From NCBI RefSeq assembly GCF_018977255.1, contig NW_024704743.1:73658001-73722000 (forward strand): 64,000 bases of DNA. The letters are read 5' to 3'. How positions within the stretch are numbered: the stretch's first letter is position 1; the number at the start of each line of letters is the position of its first letter. A program made the translations under genes and the position numbers. Under the pieces are notes generated by a model. That model had not been told where the DNA came from and searched no databases. It saw only the letters and a list, made by a program, of their open reading frames with translations. Origin of the DNA: Callorhinchus milii. Its lineage: Eukaryota. Shown piece by piece: positions 1 through 13,179 of the stretch.

Positions 1-1057
1 CATTCCATTGACATGCAGGGAATTACCATGTCTAGGTCTGGTTAGGATACTCTTAAGCTTGGGTTTTCTCATGTGTTTCACCACAACAACAAATATTTCT
101 TGCTCGGATTCTGAAGGTAGGATTAAATGCACCCTTCCTTCCTGGATGAATGAATGCTCTGCAATGTTATAACCTTTTCCTCCCTCTGAAAATCAATAAA
201 CTTGAAATTGCAGAAGTTATTGGACTGCATCACGGTCCAACAAATAATAGGGAAAAAGTTTAATTTAAAAATTACTTTTGCTGTTCTACTACACAAAATT
301 AAGGCAAACAAAAGTTCTTAATTACAATTTCTTAAAATTTCTTGCTCCCACCCACACACACATCAAATAAGTTTTGTTTTATCACATAATAAAAAAGATA
401 TTTTATCCACAAAAATAAAGCCAGGTATATACTTTTTTGGGTCATTTTCAGAGCTAAATCTAAAGTCTTGAGAGGAAGCAGAATGCCTGCACAACTGTCT
501 TTTTTGATAAGAAAATGCATCTCATCATTTCCATTTGTATTTTCCTGAAGGATTCAACTTTGCCACTAAACAAACATGCTTTGCATGGTCAGTATCCTGC
601 ATGAAACCAACCTTGTCTGTTCTAGTACACATGAAATGTTCAGCTGACAGTACAGATGCACTGAAACACTAATAAATAATTAAAGAGACCACTTATACAT
701 GTGCTCAACAGGAAGGTAATGATCCATGCCTTTTCTGAACTGCAGTATTTAATCCGTAAAAGTAACTCCAAGGGGGAAGGCCTATTTATAGGAGCATTCT
801 TTCATAAAAGAGCTCCTAGGCATATTCAAAATAAATGCTGGTCTCCTTTAAAGCTATTAACAATAGGAAAACATATTTTTTAAACATTAATGTTCAACAC
901 AATTACACATTTTAATATCTGCATGTAGAAATGTATTGCTTTAATTTCTGTGGGAGGATTTTCAATTTTTATCTTAAAATATGTTTCAATTTCTGTGAAT
1001 CTTCAAATCTGCCCCTTACTTCGCATTTGCAGCAGAGCCCTGTTATAACAGCATTTG

Positions 1058-1365
1058 CAGCAGAGCCCTGTTATAACACAGTAGTTGGGGGGGGTGTCAA
1101 TAAAATCCCGAACAGCGTTATAATGGGCGGTGATCTCCGTTGCTGCTTCCACATTCAGTGCACATACATGAAAAACAGAAAAACACCTGTTTTCCCCCAT
1201 ACCGGGTCAGCTTCCTAAGCCAAAAATACCCCAAGGTCACTTGATGCATGCTGCTCATGACGTTCGACTTTTTGCATGCATTTTTGATTTTTTTGGTAAA
1301 TAAATGACAGACTCTACATCCCAACCGTGCTACAGTTGAACCCACATTATCACGGGGTCCCACTG
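1058..1365. mobile_element. Degenerate Tc1/mariner (Tigger/pogo-like) MITE
   Basis: Left end cagcagagccctgttataac and right end attatcacggggtcccactg are imperfect inverted repeats resembling the CAGTRGAACCCCGTTATAAC terminus type. No ORF inside. Confidence 0.5.
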
Positions 1366-2759
1366 TTTAAATTTGCACGTGTTTTACTATATTTGGGACG
1401 AGGAGTCAAAATACTTATTCACAGTAAATTAAGTGATAAATCCCACTTTGTTTTTTAACTGTTGCTGCTGTCATTGAGAGCCAAGTTTGAGGTTTCTACG
1501 TGTAACTGTAAATTAAATATTTCCAGAGTGATGTGATGGATTGTCGGGGCAGTTATTGGCAGAATGAAAGTGAACATGGAGATAAATAGAAAAATCAATG
1601 CTGGTCACTACACACCTTACAGAAATATCAATATAAACTCACCCAAGGGCAAGTCACATTTTGGGAACTGAAGGACGTGATAGTACAAAACCCTTGAGAT
1701 GTTACTGCAATCTCTCACCTCCCACCCCACTCCCATCAAAAATCACCTCTAGTCTATCCCTTGGTAATCTTGTAATAATCATGTCACAATTATTCAACTA
1801 TTTGATCTGATGCTAGCGTGTAGCAAATGCATAATACAATAGGCCAGAAAAAGATCTTCATGATGTCCATCAGTAGCAAAAAAAGGAAACATAACATCCT
1901 ACAATTGCTTTACTTCATGGCTGTTTGGGAGACATTACTGTGCACAAATTGGCTGCTGTGTTTGCCTACAAAATACAGTAACTAGACTTTACGGATTCTG
2001 AAAGCACTTTGAGACATCTGTACAACATGAAAGGTGCTATACCAACTGCAATATTATTATTAAATTATTATTACAGGACTTCATAAAGTATATAGTAAAA
2101 AAAACAATACACGGATCAGATTTCAAACCTGTAATTTCAACTGACAATTTTGATGATTATGAACTGCTCAAGACTATTTTCCCTAAATTCATTCAGCAAA
2201 ATTTTGTCTTGTAACCTCTTTTGATGTTTAATCATTGCCAAACACTACTGCACAATGGAAGTGGAAAAGGTAGGAATGTTACTTGTTGGCTATAAAATGA
2301 TAAAGTGAAGTTCTTTGTGCTGAATATGCACACTTAGGAGTTGTGAGTTCACATTAATGGACTATATCTAGCAAATTCAAAAGGGAAGTAGAGTAGACCC
2401 CATTATATTGTGCTGGTTGTGTTACAACAGGTCTGCGCTAACCAGTTTACCTGCACATCCGGGGTACCAGATGGCTTGTTTGTCCTGCCTGCTGCCAAGT
2501 TCCTGTGTGCTAAAAAAAAGGCCAACCTCTGGCTCACAAGCTTGTAAACCAACGTCACTTCCTTTGTGTCACACATGCAACAACAACAACAAATCGCATC
2601 TGTATGGCGCCTTTCATATCAGAAGGAAATTCCAAAGCACTGGCATAGCACGTGATGTGTTCAGTAAGCTCATGCCCCAGAAGGCATTCTTTTTTTAACC
2701 ACATCGGAAGCCAAAATGGCCAACTTCCAAGTCATTAGTTTGCCACTGAAGCAGTGAGT

Positions 2760-4480
2760 GACCAATTTTATGACCAATGACCTTTGGCAATAGAAAAGTG
2801 CGGCCGCGCCTTTTTCGCTACAACGGCCCTCTTCCGCTACAAACAGCCCCTCGGGTACTAACCTTTATATACAGTGCACTAAGCCCCAGGCCTCTCGCGC
2901 TGTTTGATCAACGCTACTACTATGGCCAGAGCGGCTCCGATCGCGCATGCACGGTGAATTTTGGTATCTCTTAAGCGGCATGTGCGGGAAATGATTTAAT
3001 TCAATAGGAAAAGCAGCTGCGTCACACACTACTGTACTGCAACAAATTCTTGGTAAATGATGTACGAGTCAAATTAAAATATTAAGTATTTTAAGCATAA
3101 CTACATTGTCAGGAAATATATACCTATAGTTTTAATCAGGCTTGTTTCACTCCTCAGGTTGTACAATACAAAAATGCCCAAACGTTTTTGTAAATCCCGT
3201 GAGGAAGCCAAGGGGCAGCACATCTCATTTTCAGTCTGTCCCTCAGATAGAACTGTACTCTATCCAGATGACCTTTATGAAGAAGGGAGGGCAGTTGTTT
3301 TGCTGCGTTTGCTGTCACACAATTGACCATGTTTGCAAGTGCACCATTGATGAGCACATGAAATCTCGGAAACATTCTAAATGCAAGGCAATGGCAATAG
3401 AGAAAAATTAATGTAAAATACTTTTGATATATATATAATATTAAATGAAAATGTATCATTATTTGCTTTCCCTTTAATTTTGAAGAAAATTTTAATTTGT
3501 ATGATTACAAAAGTTAATCTCCCTCCTTTTGATTGAATTTTAAAAGCACATAAAACAACCGCAACAAACAAAAACTAACAGATCGGAACATTTTTAATGA
3601 CAAATGCGTCATGAAGATCAATTTTTATTTTTTTCCTTTCTAGGTGGATCTGGACCTCAAAGACAAACTGTTCTGACAACCTGCTTCTTTCTGTAGAGCC
3701 ACTGCATCATCTATGGAGAGGAAAAAATTAATATTGGACTTTGTGCAGTGATTTGACTAGAGCAGAACATTGAAAAAGCTTGAAAAACTCCCATCTTCCA
3801 AGAGTTTCTATGCAAGTACACAAAACAGAGAGGAACAATTCAAACATTTACATAGTAATGTGATTCCTGCCCTTTCAACTATTTCAAACTTCGAATGGCA
3901 TGCTTATAAAGCAGCTGGAGAAAATATCTCAGCTAACCAAATAGCAGCATGGTGAGGAGCTCAGCCTGAGCCACTTGTGAAACTTGCTAAAATTGCAAAA
4001 AGGTACATTTGACTACCAGTGAGTACAGCTGACGTTTTCTGTTTATTCAGATTTCCTCAAAGCCTAACAGAAGAAAATATAAAGATACTTCTCATGTTAA
4101 AATTTAACCAGCACTAAATGTTTGGCTGAAAATTTTTTGTTTGTTACTGTGAAAATTTGATTTTGAAAATTTTAATTTCTCTGTAAACTGCGTTGAAACT
4201 ACACTTTTTGCATCTTTTCAAATGTGTTATGTCCTGCTTTCGTTAAGGAAAACAAAAAAAAATTTCCCCAATAATCTATGATGTGTTATTTCTTTATGTT
4301 TAGTTTTTAAAAATGCGAAAAGGGAAAAAATGTAGGTTAGAGGCAAAATGCGTCTCTCAATAGCACCAATTAATTAATCCTCCGCAATTCTCCGCAAAAT
4401 GCAGCAAACATCACCGCAACCTCCACACTTTTGTGCAAATATTGCCGCACTTTTGTATTGGCCCAAAATAACTCACTCAC
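2760..4480 (+). mobile_element. Internally deleted, decayed hAT DNA transposon (CGGBP-type)
   Basis: Contains transposase N- and C-terminal remnants (next feature). CCGCA motifs cluster at 4381-4450 and TGCGG/GCGG motifs occur at 2799-2988, like inverted subterminal repeats. True termini not identified. Confidence 0.7.
3174..4117 (+). pseudogene. hAT transposase pseudogene: CGGBP1-like N-terminal zinc finger plus hAT C-terminal dimerisation domain
   Basis: From ATG 3174: MPKRFCKSREEAKGQHISFSVCPSDRTVLYPDDLYEE, then a +1 frameshift to GGQLFCCVCCHTIDHVCKCTIDEHMKSRKHSKCK (CxxC...H...H). Region ~3950-4117 gives W*GAQPEPLVKLAKIAKRYI*LPVSTADVF...QSLTEENIKILLMLKFNQH*, which matches the hATC pattern with two stops. 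Confidence 0.8.
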
Positions 4481-5079
4481 AAAATATCCACCAGTTACTC
4501 CAATTTGTTTTGAAAGATATTCATTCAAAATTCATTGAATGGCTTCACCAGATCACTGCAGGATTTAGAGCTGTGACACTATTCATTGGCACTACCCCAT
4601 ACTTCATTAATAAATTCTGCACTGTTTCACATATTACGTGGGTATACACATTAGAATGCAAAATTCAGAAAGACATATTTAACTCAATTTTCGAGATTGT
4701 GACAGACAGCTTTACACATCTTCCCGAAATTTACTCTCGCCTGAAATTAATAGCTCTTAATTAATAGCACTGCATGCTGAAGGTTTCAGTCCCACATTTT
4801 TCCACCATCAAATAAGACTAATTTTGGACTCAGATTGAAGTAGGAATTCTTTTTGCATATGACTTCAAAAATTGCTATTTCTTCCAAGTAAAATGTATTC
4901 TAATACAATAATATTGTATTCAATGAATTTTCTGTTACAGAACGGCAACAGCTGAGTGTTTGCAGTACAAAATGCTCTCCTCCCCATTTATTTAAAAACA
5001 ATGTTTCTGGCAGGAGAAAACATCTGGAATACACCAATCAATTTGCACAAATATTAGATTATACCTCAAAGCATTACAG

Positions 5080-5620
5080 CATTGAAATGGTTTGTTAAAC
5101 AGGTACTGCACCCCTACTTCTACCACCCTTCCTGGAAATCTGTTCCAGCTGTTAATTATCCTATGGGTAATATAAATAACAATCATTACATTTCATGTAG
5201 CGCCTTATCACATTGCTGAAACATCTCAAAGCGCATCAAAAGATTTACTGTGTATGACTCTATATTTTGTAGGCAAAACACAGCAGCCAATTTGCGCCCA
5301 ATTTGTCCTATAAACAGCCATGATGTGTATGACCAAATTTTATCTTGTGCATTGTTGGCCAGAACAACGGGAGAAATTCACTTCTATTTTCTGAATACAG
5401 TAGTACCACAGGATCTTTAATATTCACCTGCAAAGCAGACGAGCCCTCAGTTTAACATCTGATCTGAAGAACCTTACATTTGATGCTGCAGGGCTCCGCA
5501 GAACCACACCTGGAGTGTCAGCCTGGACTGTGAGCTCAGAGACATGGAAGAAATACTTCCTGGTATCTGCCCAATAATCATCCTTTATAACTCAAGTTGT
5601 AACCTCTTGTTTTGCCGCCT
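5080..5620 (-). mobile_element. CR1 LINE 3' fragment interrupted by a Deu-domain SINE (~5180-5545)
   Basis: Minus-strand THRIINSWNRFPGRVVEVG matches the CR1 ORF2 C-terminus. The SINE body (ggatctttaatattcacctg...cctcagtttaacatct) sits inside, and CR1-like sequence resumes at gaagaaatacttcctgg (~5547). Confidence 0.6.
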
Positions 5621-6894
5621 TGTCTGGACACTTGCAACATTGAATGCCTTCACAAAATATGCAGGGTCAGTTGGGTAGATAATTTCCCAAAGTACTTTCA
5701 CTGACTAGCCATATCATCAGGACATAATACTCTAACCTGCTGTGTCAAGCACTGAAATGACATCTAACTGAAAAAGCTTAAAATAATATCTCTTCAGTAT
5801 GTTAAAATTAATAAAGCAAAAACATCATTATAACAGAATGTTTCCCCTTAAAATCTGGTTGTTGGGAGATTGAGTCAGACAGAAGGGGCATGGATTGAGA
5901 TCCAATGTATCCACTCCTCTTTTAGACAGGACTCCAGTGAAATGAAATGGATAACCTCAGTGACAGGAGCTTCCATTTAATGGATGTAAAAGCACCCATC
6001 AGCTAGGTAGCTAACTGAGAACTAATAGCCTTCATTTAACTAAGGCAGGAAAATGTAAGTGTTGAGATGCAGACAGAATAAAACTCACAGAATTTGCTCA
6101 GAATCAAGCACTCACCAGCTTCAGCTGCAATTCAGTGCCTGTCTCACAATAACCATTTTTATCCATTGCTCTTCAATGTGCAGGATATTAATTTTTGCAA
6201 AATTTCCATAAATAGGGATTAAGAGACCTAAACACCTGCTTTGTGAGTCCCCAGAGCATATTAAAAATAAGTTCATTTTGTGCGCATATATCTGTAAAAA
6301 GACATTCTATTCAGTCTTTTGGCACAATTGACAAAGTGATAGTTAAGCTACCAGCACAGCAGTACTGTGGCTACATATGCTAATCTTCAATCAACTGTTC
6401 ACTGAAAATTTATTTTCTTAATAAATCCCCTGGGATTTCAAAGAATGTTTGTTTACTAGAGCAACAAACATTTGCAAAGGTTTTATTAAAAGCCAAACTA
6501 GGCAAAAACTAAAATCCACTGAAAACAAGGGAAAGACCTAACAAATTGATCCTGATTCTGGTTTTAGCTTGGGTGTTGCGGAATTGGATTTGGGGCCATA
6601 ATGTTTGATTCCTGGTGGGTCCTGCCTTACAGCTGTGTACACTTGGGAAGTTGAGTTGACAAAGAGTAGAATATCTAAAAAAATATTGTTCTTTGTGAGG
6701 AGGAAAAGGTTAACGGAGGATCTGACTGGATAACCTGAGACATGGACCCAGGCACACAGTCTGTGGTAATCTAATGGTCATGCCAAGAAAAAAAAAGTAA
6801 CTTTATTTTTAATGCAAATTTGTATGGATTGCAATTACCAGGAGGAAAACAAGTTCAAATCTTTGATTCTGAGGGTAGGGCCAAACAAGTTAAA

Positions 6895-7400
6895 CACAAC
6901 AAGTTGCACTTATTTAGCACTGTCTCGGTGCTTCAAAAGTGCTCTGTGGGAGCCCGAGCTGAGATGGGGCTGGGGGAAGATGGCGCAGTTGAAGAGACAG
7001 GTTTTTAAGTAGATTTTAAAAGCAGATTAGGGAAAGACAGAGACATTTCAGAAGAGTTCCAGAGAATGATGGCAAAATAGCTAAACATTTACTTGTTCAT
7101 TTGGGCTTGAAGAAACCCCAAATTGGCATAGTGGACAGAGAGAGGTGTAGAATTACAAGAGCTCACAGGTGTAGGGTTGAACAAGGACATGAAGACATTT
7201 GAAGGTGATGATGAGGATCTTAAAATCAAACTGTTGGTGGACAGGGAGCCAGTGGAGCCAGGTGAGGATCAGGGTAATGCGCTCATAGAGTTTTGTAAGT
7301 AGAATAGGCAGCATCTGGTTGATCTGAAGTTTGTGAAGGTGGAGTGGGACAAGCAGGGCATTGAATATGTTGAGACATGGATGAGGGTTTTGGTTGCATT
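6895..7400 (-). mobile_element. L2 LINE 3' fragment
   Basis: Encodes LTWLHWLPVHQQFDFKILIITFKCLH (L2 ORF2 C-terminal LHWLP motif) and ends in an L2-type tail near 6895-6940. Confidence 0.75.
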
Positions 7401-7586
7401 GGTAATGAATCAAACAAAATGATGAGGTTCCACACTGGCTCCATGTGCTGTAGTAAGCAACCGGCAAGATCAATACTTGAGGTGAGGAATCACTAGAGGG
7501 GCCCAGCGGGATATCCTCAGTTTTATCACGTCAAATGGAGAAAATTAACTCATCCGCGATTTAATTAACAATTAATTAATTGAATT

Positions 7587-7900
7587 AATAATAATAATCC
7601 TTGCATTTGATATAGTGCTTTTCACGTCTTATGGACGTCTCAAAGCGCTTCACAGAATATACTGTAAAGTGAATTGACTGTATATTTGTGGGCGAAATGC
7701 GGCAGCCAATTGCGCACAGCAATGTCCCACAAACAGTCGTGGATTGAAAATGACCAATTTATTATTATTATTTTTTTGGAGGGATTATTATTAGGCGTGT
7801 GGAGTAAGGAAACTTGCCCAAGGTTTCGCCCTGCCCAAGGTTTCGTCCAGGTGTCTCGCTTGCAAGGCGAGTACTCTAACCACTGAGCTACAGGACTCCA
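7587..7900 (-). mobile_element. Full-length tRNA-derived SINE
   Basis: Reverse complement begins tggagtcctgtagctcagtggttagag (A box) and ends ...atcaaatgcaaggattattattat. Near-identical to the copies at 44743 and 58134. The B-box region is replaced by a local duplication of gcccaaggtttcg. Confidence 0.9.
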
Positions 7901-8119
7901 CTATCTATTTGGAATAGATTATAAATAAACCTGGTGAATTGTTGGTTTTCTGTGTCCTAATCACCTCTTTTGTGAAGTGGGCATTTAAAAGCAAGTAAAT
8001 CTTACAAAACAGGTTGTAGTTTTTCATTCTTTATATGATGTCTTCTGCAAGACGAGCACCATTTTCTCCTAGTGTAGGTTATACTATTTTTCTTAATTAT
8101 ATTAGTTGTTAATTATATT

Positions 8120-8350
8120 AACAGGCAGTCTGTCAGAACAACTGGTCCTGGAATTGAGGACAGAGGCAGAAAGATAGATTAGCGTGTCAACCGTGTACAT
8201 ATGGAAGTGGACCCCATGCCTGCAACTGATATCACCAAGCGGAAGCATATAGCCGAGGAAAGGCCTGCAACTGATATCACCAAGCGGGAGCATATAGCCG
8301 AGGAAAGGAAGAGTATGAAGGATAAAGCCCTGAGGAACACCACACGTGAC
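8120..8350 (-). mobile_element. L2 reverse-transcriptase core fragment
   Basis: Minus strand gives VTCGVPQGFI...YMLPLGDISCRHGVHFHMYTVDT, a decayed GVPQGS...YADD RT motif set, with an internal 45-nt duplication. Confidence 0.8.
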
Positions 8351-10129
8351 TATATATGATTAATGGTCTTGACCAATGGCATGGAGTTGCCTCACCAGTT
8401 GAATCTAACTTGTTAACATGGTGACTGTTTGTGGGACACTACTGTGCACAATTGGCTGCCGGATTTTGTTCACAAATAAATACAGTCAATTCACTTTACA
8501 ATATATTCTGTGAAGGGCTTTGAGACGTCTCAACAACACAATGAGATGCTATATCAAATGTAAGGATTATTATTATTAACATAAGATCATGCAGAATTAT
8601 GTAAAATTCACTTTCAATTATGGAAGTCCTTTAAATGCCTGCGGAAAATCAAATTTATAATTTTTTTAAAAAAAGTTTTGCGCAATGTTATATTTTAAGA
8701 CAATGGCCCTAAGGCTAAAACTACAAGATTTGCAAAGTAAAATTGGCAAATCCATCTGTCCAAATCAGCTCAGACCCATCTCTAAGGTCTGGAACCAATT
8801 GAAACGGGTGAAAGAAAAGCACCACCCAAAACAATACAATACAAATTTACAATTATATTGTACCTTTCACAGCGGGAATCCCATGCTAATATAATAACTC
8901 CACTGTCCCCTACTTCCCATTGACTATTTGCACTGTTGTCCATCCATGCTCCCTTTAATTCACTGTGTGGGGATTAGGTGATGAAGTGGGAAGAGGAGAA
9001 GCCACTGCACTGGAGTGTCAGCTTGGACTATGAGACCAGATAGGTTGTGGGGGGACAAGCAACAGTAAGTAACCTTTTTCTCTGCTTGCCAGCTAGTGGA
9101 ACGAGAATCAGAAGAAAAAGGGCAATTCCAGATACCAACAATACGCGGGGTAGCATCTCAAGAATATTCATACCCAGCAGAATACAGAAACTTGGGTCTA
9201 AGTGAATTTTAATGTTCACACAGTATTAGAAGAGTAGGATTATCAGCTATTGAGGAAAATACATAGAAAATATATTTTAATGCAAACATGCTGCTTCTTT
9301 ATCCCTGATAGAGTTAATGGCTTGCTTTCTGATCTACGATAAACTGAGTGATAAGAAAAACAAAGCTCACACCCTGGAGGATATGTGCAAGGAGAAAAAA
9401 ATATTTTTTTGTAAAATATGTCAACTCTGAAAAATGAACAGCTTAGCTTTGGCAATTTAAGCGAAAATCTGAATTCTGACCAACAGCAAAAACAGCAATG
9501 TCTAAATTGTATAAATGTCGCACATCCTGATGACAATGTGGAAGTACACAATTAACTGCATGTTTGTTTTGCTGAAAGGCTCAACAATTATTTAAACTCC
9601 AGAATTTATGAATTAATAATTGCCTCAGGAAGACTGAAGGTATTTATACCCTTTGTTACAAGTGTCATGAGCAATTTCCCAGCACTACTAAAATAGTCTA
9701 AAATAAGTATCAATCATAGACAGACGTTGCAAAGGTGATGTGTATATATTTCCAGATTCAGATGTATGCCCCTGCTATACTAGAATCTTCATTCCTCGTT
9801 GCCATGCAAAGCAGCTAATCAAAGTGATGCAAATTTACATTTATATAGCGCCATTCCTGTCAGGAGGACATTACAGGGTGCTTAACAATACTGGCTTGGC
9901 AATGTCCAGCTATGCAGAATTGCTTATCCCAAGTCACATCTGACCTGTGCTCACTGTTACATCAAGATGGTTGTCAGTGATGCAGTAACACTGGTTAACT
10001 TTAATTTGAATCTTGGAGCACTCAGAATCCAAAGTGTATCAGGACCGAATGCTAAGTCCCGTTCAGAGAAACTAACTAAACATCTACCATAAGGATCATA
10101 ATGTTTTTTTAAAAATCAAATTCCCTTCT

Positions 10130-10303
10130 AGTTTTCTCACCATCTCCTCCACCTTGCTCCTTCGACCTGAAGACCTTCCTCTTTGATCGTGCTTACTGTC
10201 ACCTCCCCCACCATCTGGCCTGGCATCAGGCTCCACCACTGTTTAGCGCTCTAAGATGCTGCCCTGCATGAGGGACGTTATATAAATGCAAGTTGTTGTT
10301 GTT
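10130..10303 (+). mobile_element. L2 3' tail fragment
   Basis: ctgaagaccttcctctttgatcgtgc...tataaatgcaagttgttgttgtt, the same tail as other L2 copies in the window. Confidence 0.7.
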
Positions 10304-10627
10304 GAATGTTAGAACTCTGTGCCTATAATGTTTAATTGAGTAGCTGCAGTAAAAAAGTGAACACTGAAACATCCAACATTTAATCTAATTAAAGTTTGTA
10401 TTCCAGAATAAAACGTACTTAGTCAGTCAGTAGAAAGTTTGTGAAGCCGGGTCATGCTACCTAGCAGTCAGCAAGCATGATTCACAAGTCATAGTACAGC
10501 TTCATGGGTATTGGAACAGAGAAGCATTTGAGGGGGGAGGGGAGAACCCCTCTCCACATCCAGGCAATTCATATTCAATATTTAAATAATTTATACATTT
10601 TGAACCCAAGATAGACAGATGCCAACC

Positions 10628-11165
10628 TAACAACAACAACAACAACAAGATTCCATTTATAAAGCGCCTTTCACATCGGGAGGACGTCCCAAGGCGCTGC
10701 ACAGTTGGGTCATGACCCGAGCAGGGGGAAATGGTCAGGGTGAGGGGAGGGAAGGGAGGGAGCAAGGAGGGGGGAAATGGTCAGGGGGAGGGAAGGGAGG
10801 GAGCGAGGAAGGGGAAGAGAGTCGAGAGGGGAGCTGAAGGCTCGGTCAAAGAGAAAGGTTTTGAGACCGGCCTTGAAGGAGGAAAGGGAGGAGGCGGCGA
10901 AGGCACTGGGGGATGGAGTTCCAGAGCCTCGGGGCTGAGAGGCTGAAGGCCCGACCATCGATGGTAGGGCGGTTGGGGCGGGGGACGTGGAGCAGACCGG
11001 AGCCAGAGGAACGGAGGGTACGGGCAGGTAGGTAGGGGGATAGTAGGTTGGAGAGGTAGGAGGGAGCAAGGCCGTGAATGGCCTTGTAGGTGAGGATGAG
11101 GATCTTGAAATCAATCCTCTGGGGGATGGGGAGCCAGTGGAGGCGAGCGAGGGTGGGAGTGATCC
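10628..11165 (-). mobile_element. Young L2 3' fragment
   Basis: CpG-retaining; encodes ...SFKAGLKTFLFDRAF; tail with gggacgtcctcccgatgtgaaaggcgc and (TTG)n. Confidence 0.85.
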
Positions 11166-11639
11166 CCCACCAACTTCCTATAGTTTAAATCCATTCTTTA
11201 CTGTTTAAAATTACTTCCCAAAACATAGCACCTAGAAAACATCAAATTCTGTGATTATGCTTGCCTTGTTCATCTTATCTTGCTCACAATAGTCACTGGA
11301 CAACATACCAGTGTCTTGTATGCATTTTCCACGTCTCCTACTGGCAGAAGCTTTTGCTGCCACTTAGATACAAAGCCATGTTCTCTGCAGGTCCACTTAT
11401 AATGCCCATAACTCTTCTGTCGTGTGCCTGACTGTGCGAGTTTCTCTGTTGCTCTGTTTATATTGTAAGTGCTTGAGAACAGGTTCACACCCTGTGAGTG
11501 GAAATTGGTGGAGTTGGAAGAGGCAATATAAATGGACCATCCTGATACATACACCCATAGTCTTATTTCTTTGCATGTACAACCTTGCATTTCTTTGCAT
11601 ATATATTACCTATTTAGGCTGGTTCCGCTATTAGCATTT

Positions 11640-12190
11640 TTGCCTCTTGGTCAGAGATTCAAGCCCCGTATCAAGACTTTGAATTCACAGTCTAAGATGA
11701 TACTCCCAACAACAAATTGCTGGGTGGTCCTGCATTGTTGGTGGTGCCATCTTTCGGATGAAAATGAACTTGGGAACTAGACAAATACTTTAAAGCAAGA
11801 TAGCCACAGAGGTATGGGATAAGGGCAGGTAAATGGGACTGGGATTGTTCTTGAAGGAGACGGCACAGACACGATGGACCAAATGGCTTTCTTTTGTGCC
11901 ATAAATTTCTATGCGATTTAAAACCAAGATCCTATTTTCCTGTTCAGGTGGTCTTAAAGACGCCATGGCACTATTTGAAAAGAGAAGGGCGTTTCTCCTG
12001 GTGTCCTGGACAACAATCCTACACATAAAATTGGTCATTCATTCATGGCTCTTTGTAGAAGATTGCTGTGTGCAAATTGGCTGTTGTTTGCCTACAAAAT
12101 ACACTGTCACTGCACTTAACAGTAAATCCTGTGAAGTGAAGCACTTTGTGATGTTCTGGAAAGCACTATGTCAAAAGCAAGGATTAATAT
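11640..12190 (+). mobile_element. Deu-domain SINE with a CR1 3' tail inserted (~11770-11915)
   Basis: ggtgccatctttcggatgaaa is interrupted by a CR1-type tail (gacacgatggaccaaatggctttcttttgtgccataaatttctatg) and resumes as ttaaaaccaagatcct...gttcaggtggtcttaaagacgccatggcactatttgaa. Confidence 0.7.
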
Positions 12191-13179
12191 TCATCAACTC
12201 CTCTCATAATACTCCCTCCTGTACATCAAAGGGCAGCATTTATTTTGCACAATGACCATGAACAGACTTCAATCACATTTAAATCAAAACACTGCCACAA
12301 TGGTGACATTTTGCAATGTTTCCCCTGCCCCCACAGCATTATGTGGAATTAATGTTTAAAATGCACTAAGTACTCTAAATGGGTATGGTGATTATTTTGC
12401 ATTATGTGCCTCACAATTCCTAATTGTTTACTTCATGATGAAGTTTTCCAACATCATTGATGTTAATCCAGGAGAATAGACAAGGAAACTAAGAACCACC
12501 GTTGGGTTTCAATTTTAAAAAAAATCTAAGCTTTTGTAGCCAAGAACACAAGGCTTCACAATAGTGCATCAACAAACCCTTTGGATATGAAAGTGTGCTG
12601 ACTGGGGTGGTAACTGTGTGCCTGTACTGAAGTCCTTTTGTGTGCTGCTGAGCCTTTCAAGCTGTATCACCAGGATCACTTCCTGATAGAAAGTGCCAAT
12701 AACTGCATCATAGACCTCCTCCTAGTAAATACCATAAGACAATAATGGTCTCACACAGAGCGGGTTTTATCAAAGGTAATTAATTGTAAACCATAACATT
12801 TTGAAGTGAACAACAGACCTCATTCAAACTACAGAACTTTAATTCTAACTCAAGGAATTAGCAGGCAGAATATATTTTTGGAGATTTTCGACACAGGCCA
12901 GAAATGATTTACAGGATCAAATGATTTTGTATTACAAGGAGATTGACGTTCAGACATGCATGAATTGTACTAAGAGAGAAAGAACTTACATCTATAAAGT
13001 GTCCTGATCACATTGAAGTATTTCAAAATGCTTCACAAGTAACTAATGTCAACTGCAATTGCTGCCTTTGTAGACATACACAACCCTGATGTTCACAGCA
13101 AGGTCTGACATGCTAAAGGGATGATTACACAATAAGACATGATTGTTGTCCAGGGGAAATTTCCCTTCTCTTTTCCATC

